Part shown: positions 27,511-39,116 of the stretch, in pieces
Numbering within the stretch: position 1 is the stretch's first letter
Layout of the letters: every line of letters begins with the position of its first letter
Assembly: GCF_000315625.1 (NCBI RefSeq)
Contig: NW_005434638.1
Location: forward strand, 123,692 to 187,691
DNA length: 64,000 nt
Direction: 5' to 3'
Source: Guillardia theta CCMP2712
Lineage: Eukaryota > Protista > Cryptophyta
Program-made: the position numbers and the translations under genes
Notes under the pieces: model-generated
The model's database searches: none
Told to the model about the DNA's origin: nothing
The model's input: only the letters and a program-made list of their open reading frames with translations

Positions 27511-27797
27511 CCCATGACACTCCGATCAACCCCGATGGGTGGGGTAATTTTGGTGTTATACAGGGGGGTAGGGGTCATCAGGACCGACAGGACGCTTGGT
27601 CTGCTTCTTTTCATGGCAGGACGCGACACAACGGGGGGAGGAAGAGACGAGTAAGAGGCGATACTTCATCTGATGTATGCATAAGGTCATGCAGAGATGA
27701 TGGCATGACTCGAAAGTTCTAGTCTAAGTGAGGATCTACTTCTCTACGAAACATCGACACGGTCCTGCTTGTTCGCCCAGATCTCGATTCTTACCCT

Positions 27798-29155
27798 TCA
27801 AAATGCCATCCACCTTGCGTTGCAACGTATTATCCTGTTTGAGTCATTCTGACTCCGTTCTAACAAACAAGATGCGAAAGGATTATCCATTGGCTGGATC
27901 CGCATGGCTGAGGGAAACCCTAGTCGCTGCAAGGTAGCCAAGTCTCTTTCTTGATCTTGTTCGTCAAAGGCTGTGCAAAGAAATGGCGCAGGACGTGAAC
28001 TGCGATTTCTCAGCTCTAAAACGTTGTTTAGCGTCTGTTCCCATGGCTGAAAATCCGTCCCAATGCCAGGGTTGAGCATGACAAGCAAATCGGCCTGCCA
28101 CATCGTCAAAATCCAACTAATACCTGAAACAACATAAATTCACTTCGGAGCTTCGAAGTTTCTTGTTAGCAAGGAATTCGTCATATGAGCATTGGTGTAA
28201 GGATGCAGCGAGATTTGAGCAAAGCGTGATATTCTAGAAAACAAGCGAGTCACACTCGTGCTTGAAGTTTCAGCGCTTGTCACCGGATGAATAATCGCTC
28301 TGGCAGAAAGTTCTGGCCCAATCAAATGGAGCCGAATATTGCAATGCGGCAACAGCGCTCCAATTTCAATCCAATAGGTAAACAAGAGAGTTTCTTCCTT
28401 TGTAGCACAGCAAAGTCAACACAAGTCTCGTCATGTATTTGAATCAATGCAGGAAAACCTGGCTTGCAGCCCCAACGACATGGATCTGTGCGCCAATACA
28501 TCATTCAAAGTAGAGTGAGATCAAGCAAAACATTACCTCCAAGCGTCGCTTCTCTACACTTTCATTCGCTTGTTCAATTTGAAGGACTTCCAGTCCTTTC
28601 AGAATAGTGAGCGGGCCGGTGTAAGCAGCAGTGAGCATGGTCATTAGCCTTTTGTTCTTGTAATCCAATTTTGGTTGCCTATCAAAGCCTCGATTTCCGA
28701 AGTAATGGCCCCACGACCTTAAGACAGTTTCCCTTGATTTTCGAAAGACCTGTGAAGGCAATGCAAATTTAAGCCTGGCGTGATCGCCCTGTTCTTCCAT
28801 CTCAACGAGTTGCATTCTTTCATCGTGGCTGGTTGGCAGAGATAGGATGGAATTGATCATTGTCGAAACATCATTACTTTGTTGAGAGCTGGTGGAAAAA
28901 GGCAACCTACGTACTTGATGTCGCCAGATTCTCTGACAGCATTTGCGGATCCGAAAGCTCATTTTCCTCAGGTATCTCAAGATCTAATGTTGCACAGCGT
29001 TAGTCTTCGAGACCCTCCTGATTCCATGAAACAGCATCCAGCATGAAAGGGTCCCCCGCTCCTCCTCGCCATTCCAACCCTCTTCTCAATGGCGCCACTG
29101 CTCCACTGGTGGACTGGATCCTGCCATGCAACTCCAACCAAACTTTGGAACTCAT
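27798..29155 (-). CDS. MSS51 C-terminal-like domain protein (start approximate)
   Basis: AYTGPLTIL, W.EIGALLP..NIRLHLIGPEL, DLLVMLNPGIG, WEQTL, PFLCTAFDEQD, NPFAS and N..W match the order of motifs in MSS51/ZMYND15-type C-terminal domains. Confidence 0.65.
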
Positions 29156-29479
29156 GACTGAAACAAGGTATTGTTTTACATCAAAGTTTGGGCGTCTAGA
29201 AGTTTGAAACCTCTTAAAAATCAAAAAAACAACTTTTATGTTCGTACACGGTAATAATACAGCGTTTTTAGATATTATTTTCAGTATGGAAGAAATATTT
29301 TCGGTAATCTTATCTGCTATAAATAATTTATTTTCTATTTTAAGTTTTGATACCATTTTTAACATCAGAGGACGGCCCTGCTGGTACACACCTCCCGAAT
29401 CTCCAATCGAAGTAAGATCTTTTCGAATAATCCCTGGTACCTACCCCACCCCAACTTGCAAGATAAGGCCCATCGTAAA

Positions 29480-30060
29480 GATGGGGTGCATTTACTACAG
29501 GGGTGCTTCACAATAGGAAAAGGGGGGTACTGAGCGATATTCTGTATTTTGCGAGGTAGGGGTAGCCATCATGGGGGTATAACATGGGGTAGGGTCCACA
29601 ATGAAGTCTCCATTCGAGGTCATAATGGGGGTAATAGACTGCTCTAGAGGGTAGGGGTCACCAAAGATACGGGTGGGGGTCATTCCTCAGTCATACTGGA
29701 AATCCGCCCCTCAAGTGATGATCCGGATCCTGAACGACTGATAACACCCTAGTTGTACTACCCCACCCCCTATTTTCCACACTTTATGCATATCTTGTGA
29801 CCCGTCCATTGAGATACTTCACTACTGATCCACCCTACCCCTCAATCGACTTAGCACCCATCGAATACTCAAGCACCCCTTTTGTCTGAGTACCCATGAC
29901 AATCGTACCCACCCCTCATCTCATCACAACCCACCAGGTATGCTGATCATCACAACTATGAAGTTTGTAACCACCCCTTCCCTAATTATTGTATTGTCGT
30001 CTACACGGTATTGACCCCTACCACCTAAATGAGACAACCCCACCCTACGAATCCCCCCTC
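29480..30060. promoter_or_regulatory. Bidirectional GGGGTAGGG / CCCTACCCC motif cluster between divergent MSS51-like and PSRP1 genes
   Basis: G-rich copies at 29480-29680, then C-rich copies at 29755-30060. Confidence 0.4.
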
Positions 30061-30108
30061 CCTCGGCCTCTTCTTTCGTCTTCCTCCTGCCGCTGCGTCC
30101 ACTGCAAC

Positions 30109-31064
30109 ATGCACGCGTCATCGCGCATCATTCCCCTCGTCCTCCTGCCCCTCCTCCTCCCCTCCTCCCAGGCTTTCCTTCCTCTTACAACTCCAGTCAC
30201 CTCATCTGTGTCTAGTCTTGCTGCTTCTAGATCGCTTCCCCTGAAGGCGCGAACTGCGAGCTCATGTAGAAGATCAGTTGTCGTTCCGGTGATGTCGTCA
30301 GCCGTCAAGATCCCCATCACTATCAGCGGAAACAATGTGGAGGTACGAGTTCTTCCGACTATACATGATGTTCAGGATGTGTGACACTTATGTTTTCCTT
30401 AGCTCACCCCTGCACTGAAACAGTACATTAACGAGAAGCTCACAAACACTCTATCGAAAGTTGGCAGACTTGTGACGCGATGTGATGCCCATCTCACGGT
30501 CGATAAGAACCCATCCGTTGAGAACAATGCCAACTTCGAGGTCGTTGTCTCGGTCAAGGGAACAGTCATGAGAGCGTCGAAGTCCACGCACGACATGTAT
30601 GCGAGCATTGATGCTGTTGCGGACTCAGTGAAGAGGAAGCTGCGCAAGTACAAGGAGGTTGTTTGATTGGATCCCACATGTGTTTCGAAGTGAATTTCTA
30701 TTTGCAGAGGATTATTGATGCTCACCGCCAAGGCAAACCTGAGGCGATGGGATTCGACGAGGAGGAGATCCAGGTAAAGATGCGGCATGACCATTCAAGG
30801 AATGTAATTCTTGCTTTGTAGGGCTTCAAAGATTTCACTCAAGAAGTCGCCAAGATGGAAAACAGTCTCCCAGTGCCTCCTGCAGACATGTCCTTGATGA
30901 AGAAGAAGACTTTTCCCATGGAACCGATCTCCGTTGAAGATGCTGTCTTGTGCCTCGATTACATCGAGCATGATTTTTATGTCTTCAAGAACAAGGAGAA
31001 TGGCAAGATTGCTGTTGTCTACAAGCGCAATCATGGTGGTGTCGGTCTAATTGAGCCACAATAA
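30109..31064 (+). CDS. PSRP1: Plastid ribosome hibernation factor (PSRP1 / long HPF / LrtA family)
   Basis: Bipartite leader ...LLLPSSQA^FLP; ITISGNNVE|LTPALKQYINEKL, DMYASIDAVADSVKRKLRKYKE and C-terminal KTFPMEPISVEDAV...HDFYVF...VYKR..G.VGLIEP; three introns. Confidence 0.92.
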
Positions 31065-31299
31065 TGTGAATAAAGCGCGTTTTCACTTCATCTTGCCGGT
31101 TGTTGTGTGATATACCAATCGATCATCTCGCAACAATTTGTAGGTACAACAAGGATGTTGCTATCCAAGCACGTAAAAATGATCTTAACCGTCGCTCGAG
31201 AAAAAAACCCTGAATGGCAGATTCATTAGACCTAACCCATCCTCACTTTGGTGCCTACCTGCGGCGTGATTGTTTGTTCGAATGGATAGGCGACGGTGA

Positions 31300-33085
31300 A
31301 TTCGGCTGATATGTACTTTCAGGAAAGTCAGGAAAGAAAGCACAAACCTTGTTCAGCGGTGATGTTACGCTTGCGTGAGGAGATGACAAAGAAGCGTTCC
31401 TGTCATAATATTTCTCCTTTGTCTGTTACGCAACATAAGAGACCAAAGACAAAGATCACTTCTCACCCATCCGTATTTACGTTTCAATTCTGCGCGACAA
31501 AATTCGTTGGTTGCAACATTTGACAGTGCAGCTTCCGCTTGATATAGAACTGATTCTTTCCTGCAAAGTCTTTAAATATCAGCTTTCCAGCTAGCTAGCA
31601 CAGTACCTGCACGAGCCGATGATTTGTATCAAAGCATTCACTCCACCACATCTGTACATCCTCAAACAGTTGGAATCTGACCTGTATTTGCACCTTTTTC
31701 AGTCACAACCCATTCGGTAAAATTGACAACTTATGAGCAATATTTCGAAGAAATCGAATTGCTTCCTCAATGGCCTTCATATTATTTTCCTACCAACCGG
31801 TCACAATTTCAAAAGCTCGAATTGTCCTGGAGTTACAGCTTTGTTACAAACAGCCACGGCTGCTTCAATGCCTCCATGCTGTGCAATTTCATCCTTCAAA
31901 CCGATCCCGCATGACATGTGGGCTAGAGCAGAGCAAGCCTTCTCGATGACAGCGGGAGGATAATTGTCGTCGACATACTCGATGAGAATCCTTATACCTG
32001 TTAAAGTGTTCATTAGAACCCTCTAGCAGCATCCAAAGAAGTGATATCGTGCCTTCTGTTTGAACCAAGACTTGTCGAGCGATTGAATTCTTGATACAAA
32101 AATTTGATATTGACGCCAAGGCATGCTCAAGAGCAGCAAAAGCTTTGGTTTTTTGGAAAGATTTGATGATTTGAATCATAGCTTCGAGAGCACCGCAATC
32201 GAGTAAATCGTTCTTAAGCTCCTTGTCTCGCGAGAGAATCCGTATTCCTCCGGCAATATTGCGAGCCAAGTCCTGGGTTAGCCAAGATTTGTAGCACCAG
32301 GAGAAAAGCATGGCGTAAGCATCTTTGGAGACAGTCTCCTGAAAATTGGGCTTTACAGATAGTATATTCAATGCCATGTTCTCGTAGACGCGCAGCATAC
32401 CAAACGATCTAAAATCTCCACGACCCCCGAGTCCCATCAACTCTTCAAATTGACCATCCGTTGCAAGTCTTTCTCGAAGCCTCGCGTGGCATCTTGTCAG
32501 TTCGTCTTGTAAGTGGGCAATGCATTCCTTGTGCTGCCTTTCGCTATGTACAATCTTCTCTTGTAGTCTTTCAATCTCGATGTTCTTTTCCAACGTCCTC
32601 TTACTGAAGCCACTTTTCCTCAGAAAGACGCTCGTATCGCTCTCATATCCTTCATTGTTTGTACAACTCATTGAGTTGTAACTTGAAGATGAGAGTACTC
32701 TCAGGAAATTGTCTGTTTGCATTGATGAATCTTTGTACACTGGCATTGAAAATCGAGATACACAACAATCGCTTCTGCCAATTTCATCTATTGTACCCAC
32801 GACTGCAAGATCATACATCTCTTCTTAGATGCATTCCCAATAATGCGCAACAAGAGTCTCCGTAGAACTGCAACAAGAAACACATAACATTAGAGGAGTG
32901 AAACAAATGTGTCCTTGTCAGCCAACATCCCTCTCAGACTCTCCTTCGATCACGCAATCTCTCGGTGCTTCCACTTTGAGAAATATGTCCCCTTTACCGA
33001 CAGACAGGATCACAAGCAACCGAAAAGAAGACAAATGGTTTGAATCCCATCTACACTTGTATCGTGATTGGTCTTCCTTTCCTCA
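31300..33085 (-). CDS. Coiled-coil + armadillo-repeat protein (ends approximate)
   Basis: Coiled coil IEIERLQEKI...LQDEL; ARM-like units LLDCGALEAMIQII, ALEHALASISNFC and VIEKACSALAHMS..DEIAQHGGIEAAV. Confidence 0.65.
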
Positions 33086-34230
33086 TCTAGTTCTTGTTTT
33101 CCACCTCTCCCACGAATGTTGCGTCATTAATTAATCTCAAAATTCGCCCCGTGTGCCCCGCGCTCACCTGGCTTGGGGCTCACGATGCTGAATTCCTGAG
33201 TTGCAGTCTAAATATCACACCTCGTGTCAGCATTTCGCGTTCTCTGCATGCTCAAATCTCCGACCTCTCGCAGTCTCGTTCTTCACCCCTGCCTCCCCCG
33301 CTCTCCCTCTTTCTCTCCCCCACCATCCCCTCCTCATCAACTATTCCCCGCAATGCTCCAACAACCTCAACAAACTGTTTCCTTAACTACCGCCATCCGA
33401 CCCCCTACCCCCCTCCCTTCCCTCCTTCACCCCTACTCCTACCGCACTTCCGGGGGTGCACCCCGGACCTCCTCCCCGCGGCTTTTGCGAGACCCCACCT
33501 CCCCCTCACCCGTTCTCCTTCCACCCAGTGCCACCCTGGACACCCACCCCTATCAACTACCTATGAATCGACCCATCTCAGTCAAAACACTCTCTTCGCG
33601 CCCCCCTACCCACCCTCTTGCCACTCGCTCTGGCATATCCGCAAATTCCGGCTCATGATCCGCGGGCTGGCTGAGTTTTACCTGCCACCGTGACGCCCGC
33701 GACCCGGTACGCGGCCCGATCGGACGACGATTTGGCCGGGCAACGAAACTTGCAGGACTTTACTCGGTTTGACACCGACGGTCACTGAGTCATCGAGCCG
33801 GGCTCGGCCGGGCGGCCCACTGGCCCGCCGTCTGCGTGCGTACCTGTCCCCGGACGCTGCCAGGCTTTTGTGAACTTCGGAACCGGAACTGCGTTCTTGA
33901 CGGTCCGATCGGAACTTAGGTGGGGGATGACTCAGAGGCGACCGTCGCTCCGCCTCAGGCAGGCACGCCGCGGCACGGTGATGAATTTCCGACTCGGATG
34001 ATCGTTGTTCGAATTCCTGAAGCCCTGCCAAAGCTAGCTTTGCATCTCATTCATCAAAAGATATATCCTCTGAAAGTACCCCTATCAACCCCCACCGTTG
34101 TACGCCGAATCACCCCTTCCCAGAACCTAGTACGGGAGTATCTTTTCCAGTAGGGTACTACCCCCCCCTGTTCCCACACTGAGATACCTCGACGGTCCAA
34201 GTACTCCGGTCATCATCACCGTCATTTCCA

Positions 34231-34239
34231 CAGGACCCC
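34231..34239. repeat. Left target-site duplication CAGGACCCC
   Basis: Identical 9-mer directly abuts both TIRs. Confidence 0.85.
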
Positions 34240-37200
34240 CACGGGGGTGGAACTCCTCTTTTACCGGTATTAGGACGGGTACTTTTCCAATCCTTTTTAC
34301 AGGGGTGGGGTAGTAGAATTTGTTGGGAATCGCAATGGCGATCCCGCGACAAACTGTTTCGAGGATGAATATCTCAAGAATGAAAATCTGTACAATGCAA
34401 AACAAACATTTTGTATTTAGAGATACATACAAATTGTCATTCTCTATACTTGTTCGCTTTGTACACGTCTTAATTTTTGACATTTTGTCCTTTCTATCTC
34501 TTCTTCCGTAGACTTACAACCAGACAAAGTTCGTAAACCCTGAAATCTAGGCATTTGTCCTGTGAATCCTCCTCGTGTATCCAAAGATTGAGTATGTATA
34601 CGTTTCCGAGATCGAGGTTGGGACCTGCACTCATTCTCTTTGTCCCGTGTTCCTTCCTCTGCGTTGAAAAGCGTCTTCTCCCCGCGTGGTCTGCTAAGAA
34701 TGATTCGCTTTTTTGAGTGGTCATACACAAAAGGCAGATTGGGATCGAATTTTTTTGAGAGCTCAGTGCATGCTTTGTTGAATTTCCTCAAGAAATCTTT
34801 CTTGTTCAAATGACCTATCAAAGACCAGAGGTTTTCAACGCTGTCTGTGCAGAGCGTCCGTGCATTGAAGTCATACTCCTTTTCACCCAACACACCTTTG
34901 TTGTTGCTCAAATAACTCTGTATCTGTAGATGTGTGTCCATGGCTACAATCAGTCCTTCGAAGGTTACAGATGACAACCCCCTCATGTGCCTCTTGCCCA
35001 CCCTCATCCAATCCACATCTCTTAGAAGCCAGGTTCGAGCTCTAAGAATGAGATTTCTTCTTTCAGACTTGGTGAGGCCTCTCTCGTCGAAAGCTCTGTG
35101 AAGGCCGTTCATTGCTTCTGCCATTCTTGCTGTTTCAATGTGTCCCTCTGCATTCAGAAGCGATATGGCCTTGCTGCTGAACATTTTTAACATGATATCC
35201 ACTGATTGAGGGTCCGTGCACCCATCGACTTCCAGCTGCGTTAGCCATGACGAATTCTTCTTGGAAATATCAGTGTACGCAGCATGCCATGTTTTAGCCT
35301 CTTGCTGTGCAGTCGGGTTTCTCCCCGAGCCAACCGTGTGCCTGACATTCTTCAGTAAATGATTGATACATGGCGCAAAGAAAAGTAGCTTCTTCGTGGT
35401 TGGAGAGATAACAGGGTTTGACAGGTACTCGTTGAATTGAAACCTAATCTTGTTTGGATCAAATTCTTCCAATCCATCTGTGATCAATCGTTCGAGCTCC
35501 CAAGGCGTGAATTTGGCTGTTTCATTCTCTGCAACCCCTTGTTGTATAATGCTATCATATCCATACCGTCGGCAGAAGATGTGGATTCTGCTGTACATCT
35601 CGTTCAAACAGGCCTTAGTTCTGGTGGCAGGAGAACACTGCAATTTCTTTTCTCTCTGGACCTGCCATATCAATTGGTTCCTCCTCAAACTCAAGACGAA
35701 TTTCTCTATTTGGGCAAACTCTGCAGTGTTCATGTGCATTATTCCAGATCGAGTTCGAATTGTCACTTGGGACAAGTCAGGTCCATCATATTGGTTCATA
35801 TTCAGCAAATTGCATTCTCTCTCTACTTCCTGTGCAGTAATGGCTGGTTCAAAGTCGAATACGCATGAAATGTATGATGCGATCTCTGAGCATATCTGTG
35901 ATATGCTCAGCTTCTGGGCCTCTTGTTTGATAGCCTTCACCTCCGTTATGAATGTGCTTGGATTGTTCACGTAGTAATTCCTGTATATGCAAGAAAACTC
36001 GCCGTCAAAAGACCAGACATTGAAAATAATTCCACGCTCGTGAGCCTCCTTTGTAACGGCTTCCAATATTCGAAGACCTTCAGAGGCACTTAAACTTTTG
36101 GTTGAAAAACCAATGTACATGGGGACAGGGGGTGTGCTCGCACATCCATCTTGTGCAACCACACTGATGGCATCTTCAGCCAGTTCAGCAACTGTATGCT
36201 TGTAAAATTTCTCATTGTACTTGTACAACTCGTTTTGAAGTTCTGATTCGTTGACAGGCAGATCGCCATTCGCCATTCCCTCCAGTTTTCCTATCAATCG
36301 AGGAATTTCTACATCCATCTGTTCACAGCCTTCAATTACTGTCTTGAGGTAACGTTGATGTGGTGTGAACCTGACATCCTCTGGAGATTCGCCTCCGGTT
36401 CTATGCTTGGCAACAAATGCATTTCGAACCTTCTTGTATGCTTGCTCCATATCACTCTTCCTCTGATGCACACTCTGTTGATCGGATCTCAACATGCCAA
36501 CCAGCTGTTCGCTGATATAGTGTTCTGTCTTTCCTGTCAAACAAAACTTTTCCTTGCGATCTTCAAGCAGGTCAAGTCGCTGAGCCAAGTCAGGTTCATG
36601 ACTTGTTATACCCCCCAGATCTGCTTCACATTCCTCAAACACAGAACAAAATCCTGCATTTATCATTGTTTTGTCGATCGCACAACAGTTCACTCCAGTC
36701 TGACAATGCTCAGGATTCATTCGACGGAATTCATCCATCATAAATGTGCACACTCTGGACCTATCATTGCCATGCAGTTTCATGAGATGCCTATCTCGTT
36801 TCTGAAGAGTGGATGTGGATGGCAGAGGTAAGTTGTGTAACATCTGGTCCGCATCAAAAGTTCCAGTATTTTTGTTCCCCGGCCCTGTGAGCAAGCGATA
36901 TAGACCTGAGGTGCCGACATTCCAAATTGATGCAGCGAAACTCATGACTTGCTCAGAGTATCGCATGCCTCTAGTGTCCTTTGTTCGAAAGCCTTGTCGT
37001 ATCCAGTCGCTCACTATGAATGGCATGATGGGGTGTTTGCTCTTCATGCCATCTCCTTCCTGACTGGCGAACATTACGACATCTGAAACTATGTCGGGAA
37101 GCTCAGCAGAACGGAGGTTATCCATCGCCCTTTCAACATGGCAGATGGTGAGAAAGCACTTGGCAGTAGGACTTTCGTCATTGGATTCTTCAAGAGACTC

Positions 37201-38211
37201 ATGCTCTTCAAGAATGCTTCGGATGAAATCACGTCTATCCTCCAATGGCATTGACTTGAAGTTCTCGCACATTGTATGTGCGAGGAGAGCGAATGCTGTT
37301 TTGATATTGCTGTTCTGGTCTTGGCCAATATGTTCAGGCCTTACATACCTGCATGTGGCATGTCAGTGCTCTGGTGCATTCCAGCTCGCTGGTTACCTTG
37401 AGTGATAATCGTGTATTTGCTTTTGTAGCTCGTCAACAGTGTCATAGTGCGAAGTGGCCCAATGTCTGATTTTCTTACACAATGCCTTTTGCTTTTGCCG
37501 ATGATTCTTTACTTGAATTCGAAGCTTTTGCGCGTCTATGTGCAGCTGGAATTGATCATGATGCATTTTGGCATCTGCTCCTTGTTGAAACGAGGTGAAG
37601 TAATGAAGGAAACAATTTTTGAAGCCCTCTGCATTCTGTCCAAAGAGGTCACCTAGAAGCGTCAACTTTGCTCGCACATGAGAAGTGTTGATGGTGTGCT
37701 GGCTCAGCTTGAGATAACTAGCCGCTACTTGTAGCAAGCTATCATCCGCGTCGCTTATCTTCAACGTTGCGTGCCCGATGTTTTGCAGAAAATGTAACAA
37801 TTTCAGCACCAATGCGTCAGTGAACACTGCATAATCCTGTACAGTTTTCAAGTCGATGTCTTTGAAAGCCCGTCGACAACGTGAACAAGCTTTGATGCAG
37901 TGTTGAGGGATCGTCCGAATACTGTTCGTACTGTATCTCGTCTTACAAATAGGGCATTCCTCTCTGTCTGCTGTCGTCTTGCTCATGGCAAGGATGCAGT
38001 GCAGATTGCCCGCCAAAATTCGGATTTGAATTTCTCCCCATGGCGCGTCATAGATCTTGCATCGTTGCCTTATACCCCCTGCATGACCACCGCCCTCGAT
38101 GTGCATCGCGGTCGATGGGAGGGGTATTTAACTGAAAATTAGTACCAGGTATGGGCTAGAGGCAGTGGTTGGCCCGCGGATGAGATCGAATATAGTAGTT
38201 CCACCCCCGTG
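34240..38211 (-). mobile_element. Complete cut-and-paste DNA transposon, P-element/THAP9-like, 3,972 bp
   Basis: Perfect 15-bp TIRs CACGGGGGTGGAACT (34240-34254) and AGTTCCACCCCCGTG (38197-38211), extendable to 23 bp with 3 mismatches. Flanked by direct repeat CAGGACCCC at 34231-34239 and 38212-38220. Encloses a DDE transposase. Confidence 0.9.
34444..38106 (-). CDS. P-superfamily-like DDE transposase, 2 exons (join 38106-37397, 37348-34444), up to 1,204 aa
   Basis: A 48-nt GT-AG intron (37396-37349) fuses the 237-aa and 942-aa ORFs in frame. Motifs: RYS...FA...Y..L...LPLPSTSTL, AID (D1), SFDG (D2), CINHLLKNVR, DPQSV, LCTDSVENLWS (E). Confidence 0.88.
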
Positions 38212-38220
38212 CAGGACCCC
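38212..38220. repeat. Right target-site duplication CAGGACCCC
   Basis: Identical to 34231-34239. Confidence 0.85.
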
Positions 38221-39116
38221 CGATAATACCTTGAAGGACTACCCTACCCCCCCTTTAGATGTGTACACGACTCATATCCAGATCAGCCGTTTCGACCACC
38301 GGCACGGTGGTTGACATAAGAATAACATGTCATACAGAGGGGTAGGGGTACTGCCGGAAACGATGTGCTCTCTACAAACTATGGGGGAGGATGGGTGCTG
38401 TCACCAGAGAGTTGATGGGGTGGGGGTGGGGGCCAAAGGGGGTGAGGGTGGTCAATTCTTCTGGTGCGGGCCTACAGTATTGGGCGGTTTCACTTTTTAC
38501 CTCCCCCTACCCTACCCTACTGAAGTAGAACCTGACTTTACCCCACCCATGTTCTTTTAATGCTTTGATTGCACACCGCAGCTTGCCCAGGCTCCACCCC
38601 TCATTACAAGCTCTCTCGCCGTTGATTTACTATGAGAGCCTTTAAGTCGGGAGAGGGGAGGGAGGTCCTAAGTCTCATGGTTGCCTTCGCAAGGTTCAAG
38701 TACCCCTCCCTCAATTAGGACCTATTGTTCTTCACCCACAGGGTGACCCACCCCACCTTCTCCACCGGCCCTAAAGGTTCACATTGAACGTTGCTTCATT
38801 CCCTGAACCTCACCTCCTATACCCTCCTCTTGCTCCTCCTTGCCATCGTCTACTGGGAACTGCTGCCCTGGAAACATCTCCCTCTCCCTATCTCATTCGT
38901 CTTGAAGACCTCTTGGCTCTCTCTTGCCGTTAGCTGCCTGTCCTCCATCGGAATCTCTGGAACCTGCAAATTTTGCTCACTGTCGTCTCCTGATAGGTGA
39001 TCAGTCTTCTTGTCTACATTTTGCCTGATATGTTCGTATAGCTGTGCAGGGTAATGTCCGATTCGAATCTCAGGAACTAAGAAAGCACTTTGATCTTTGA
39101 GAATCAAGACCTTGAG

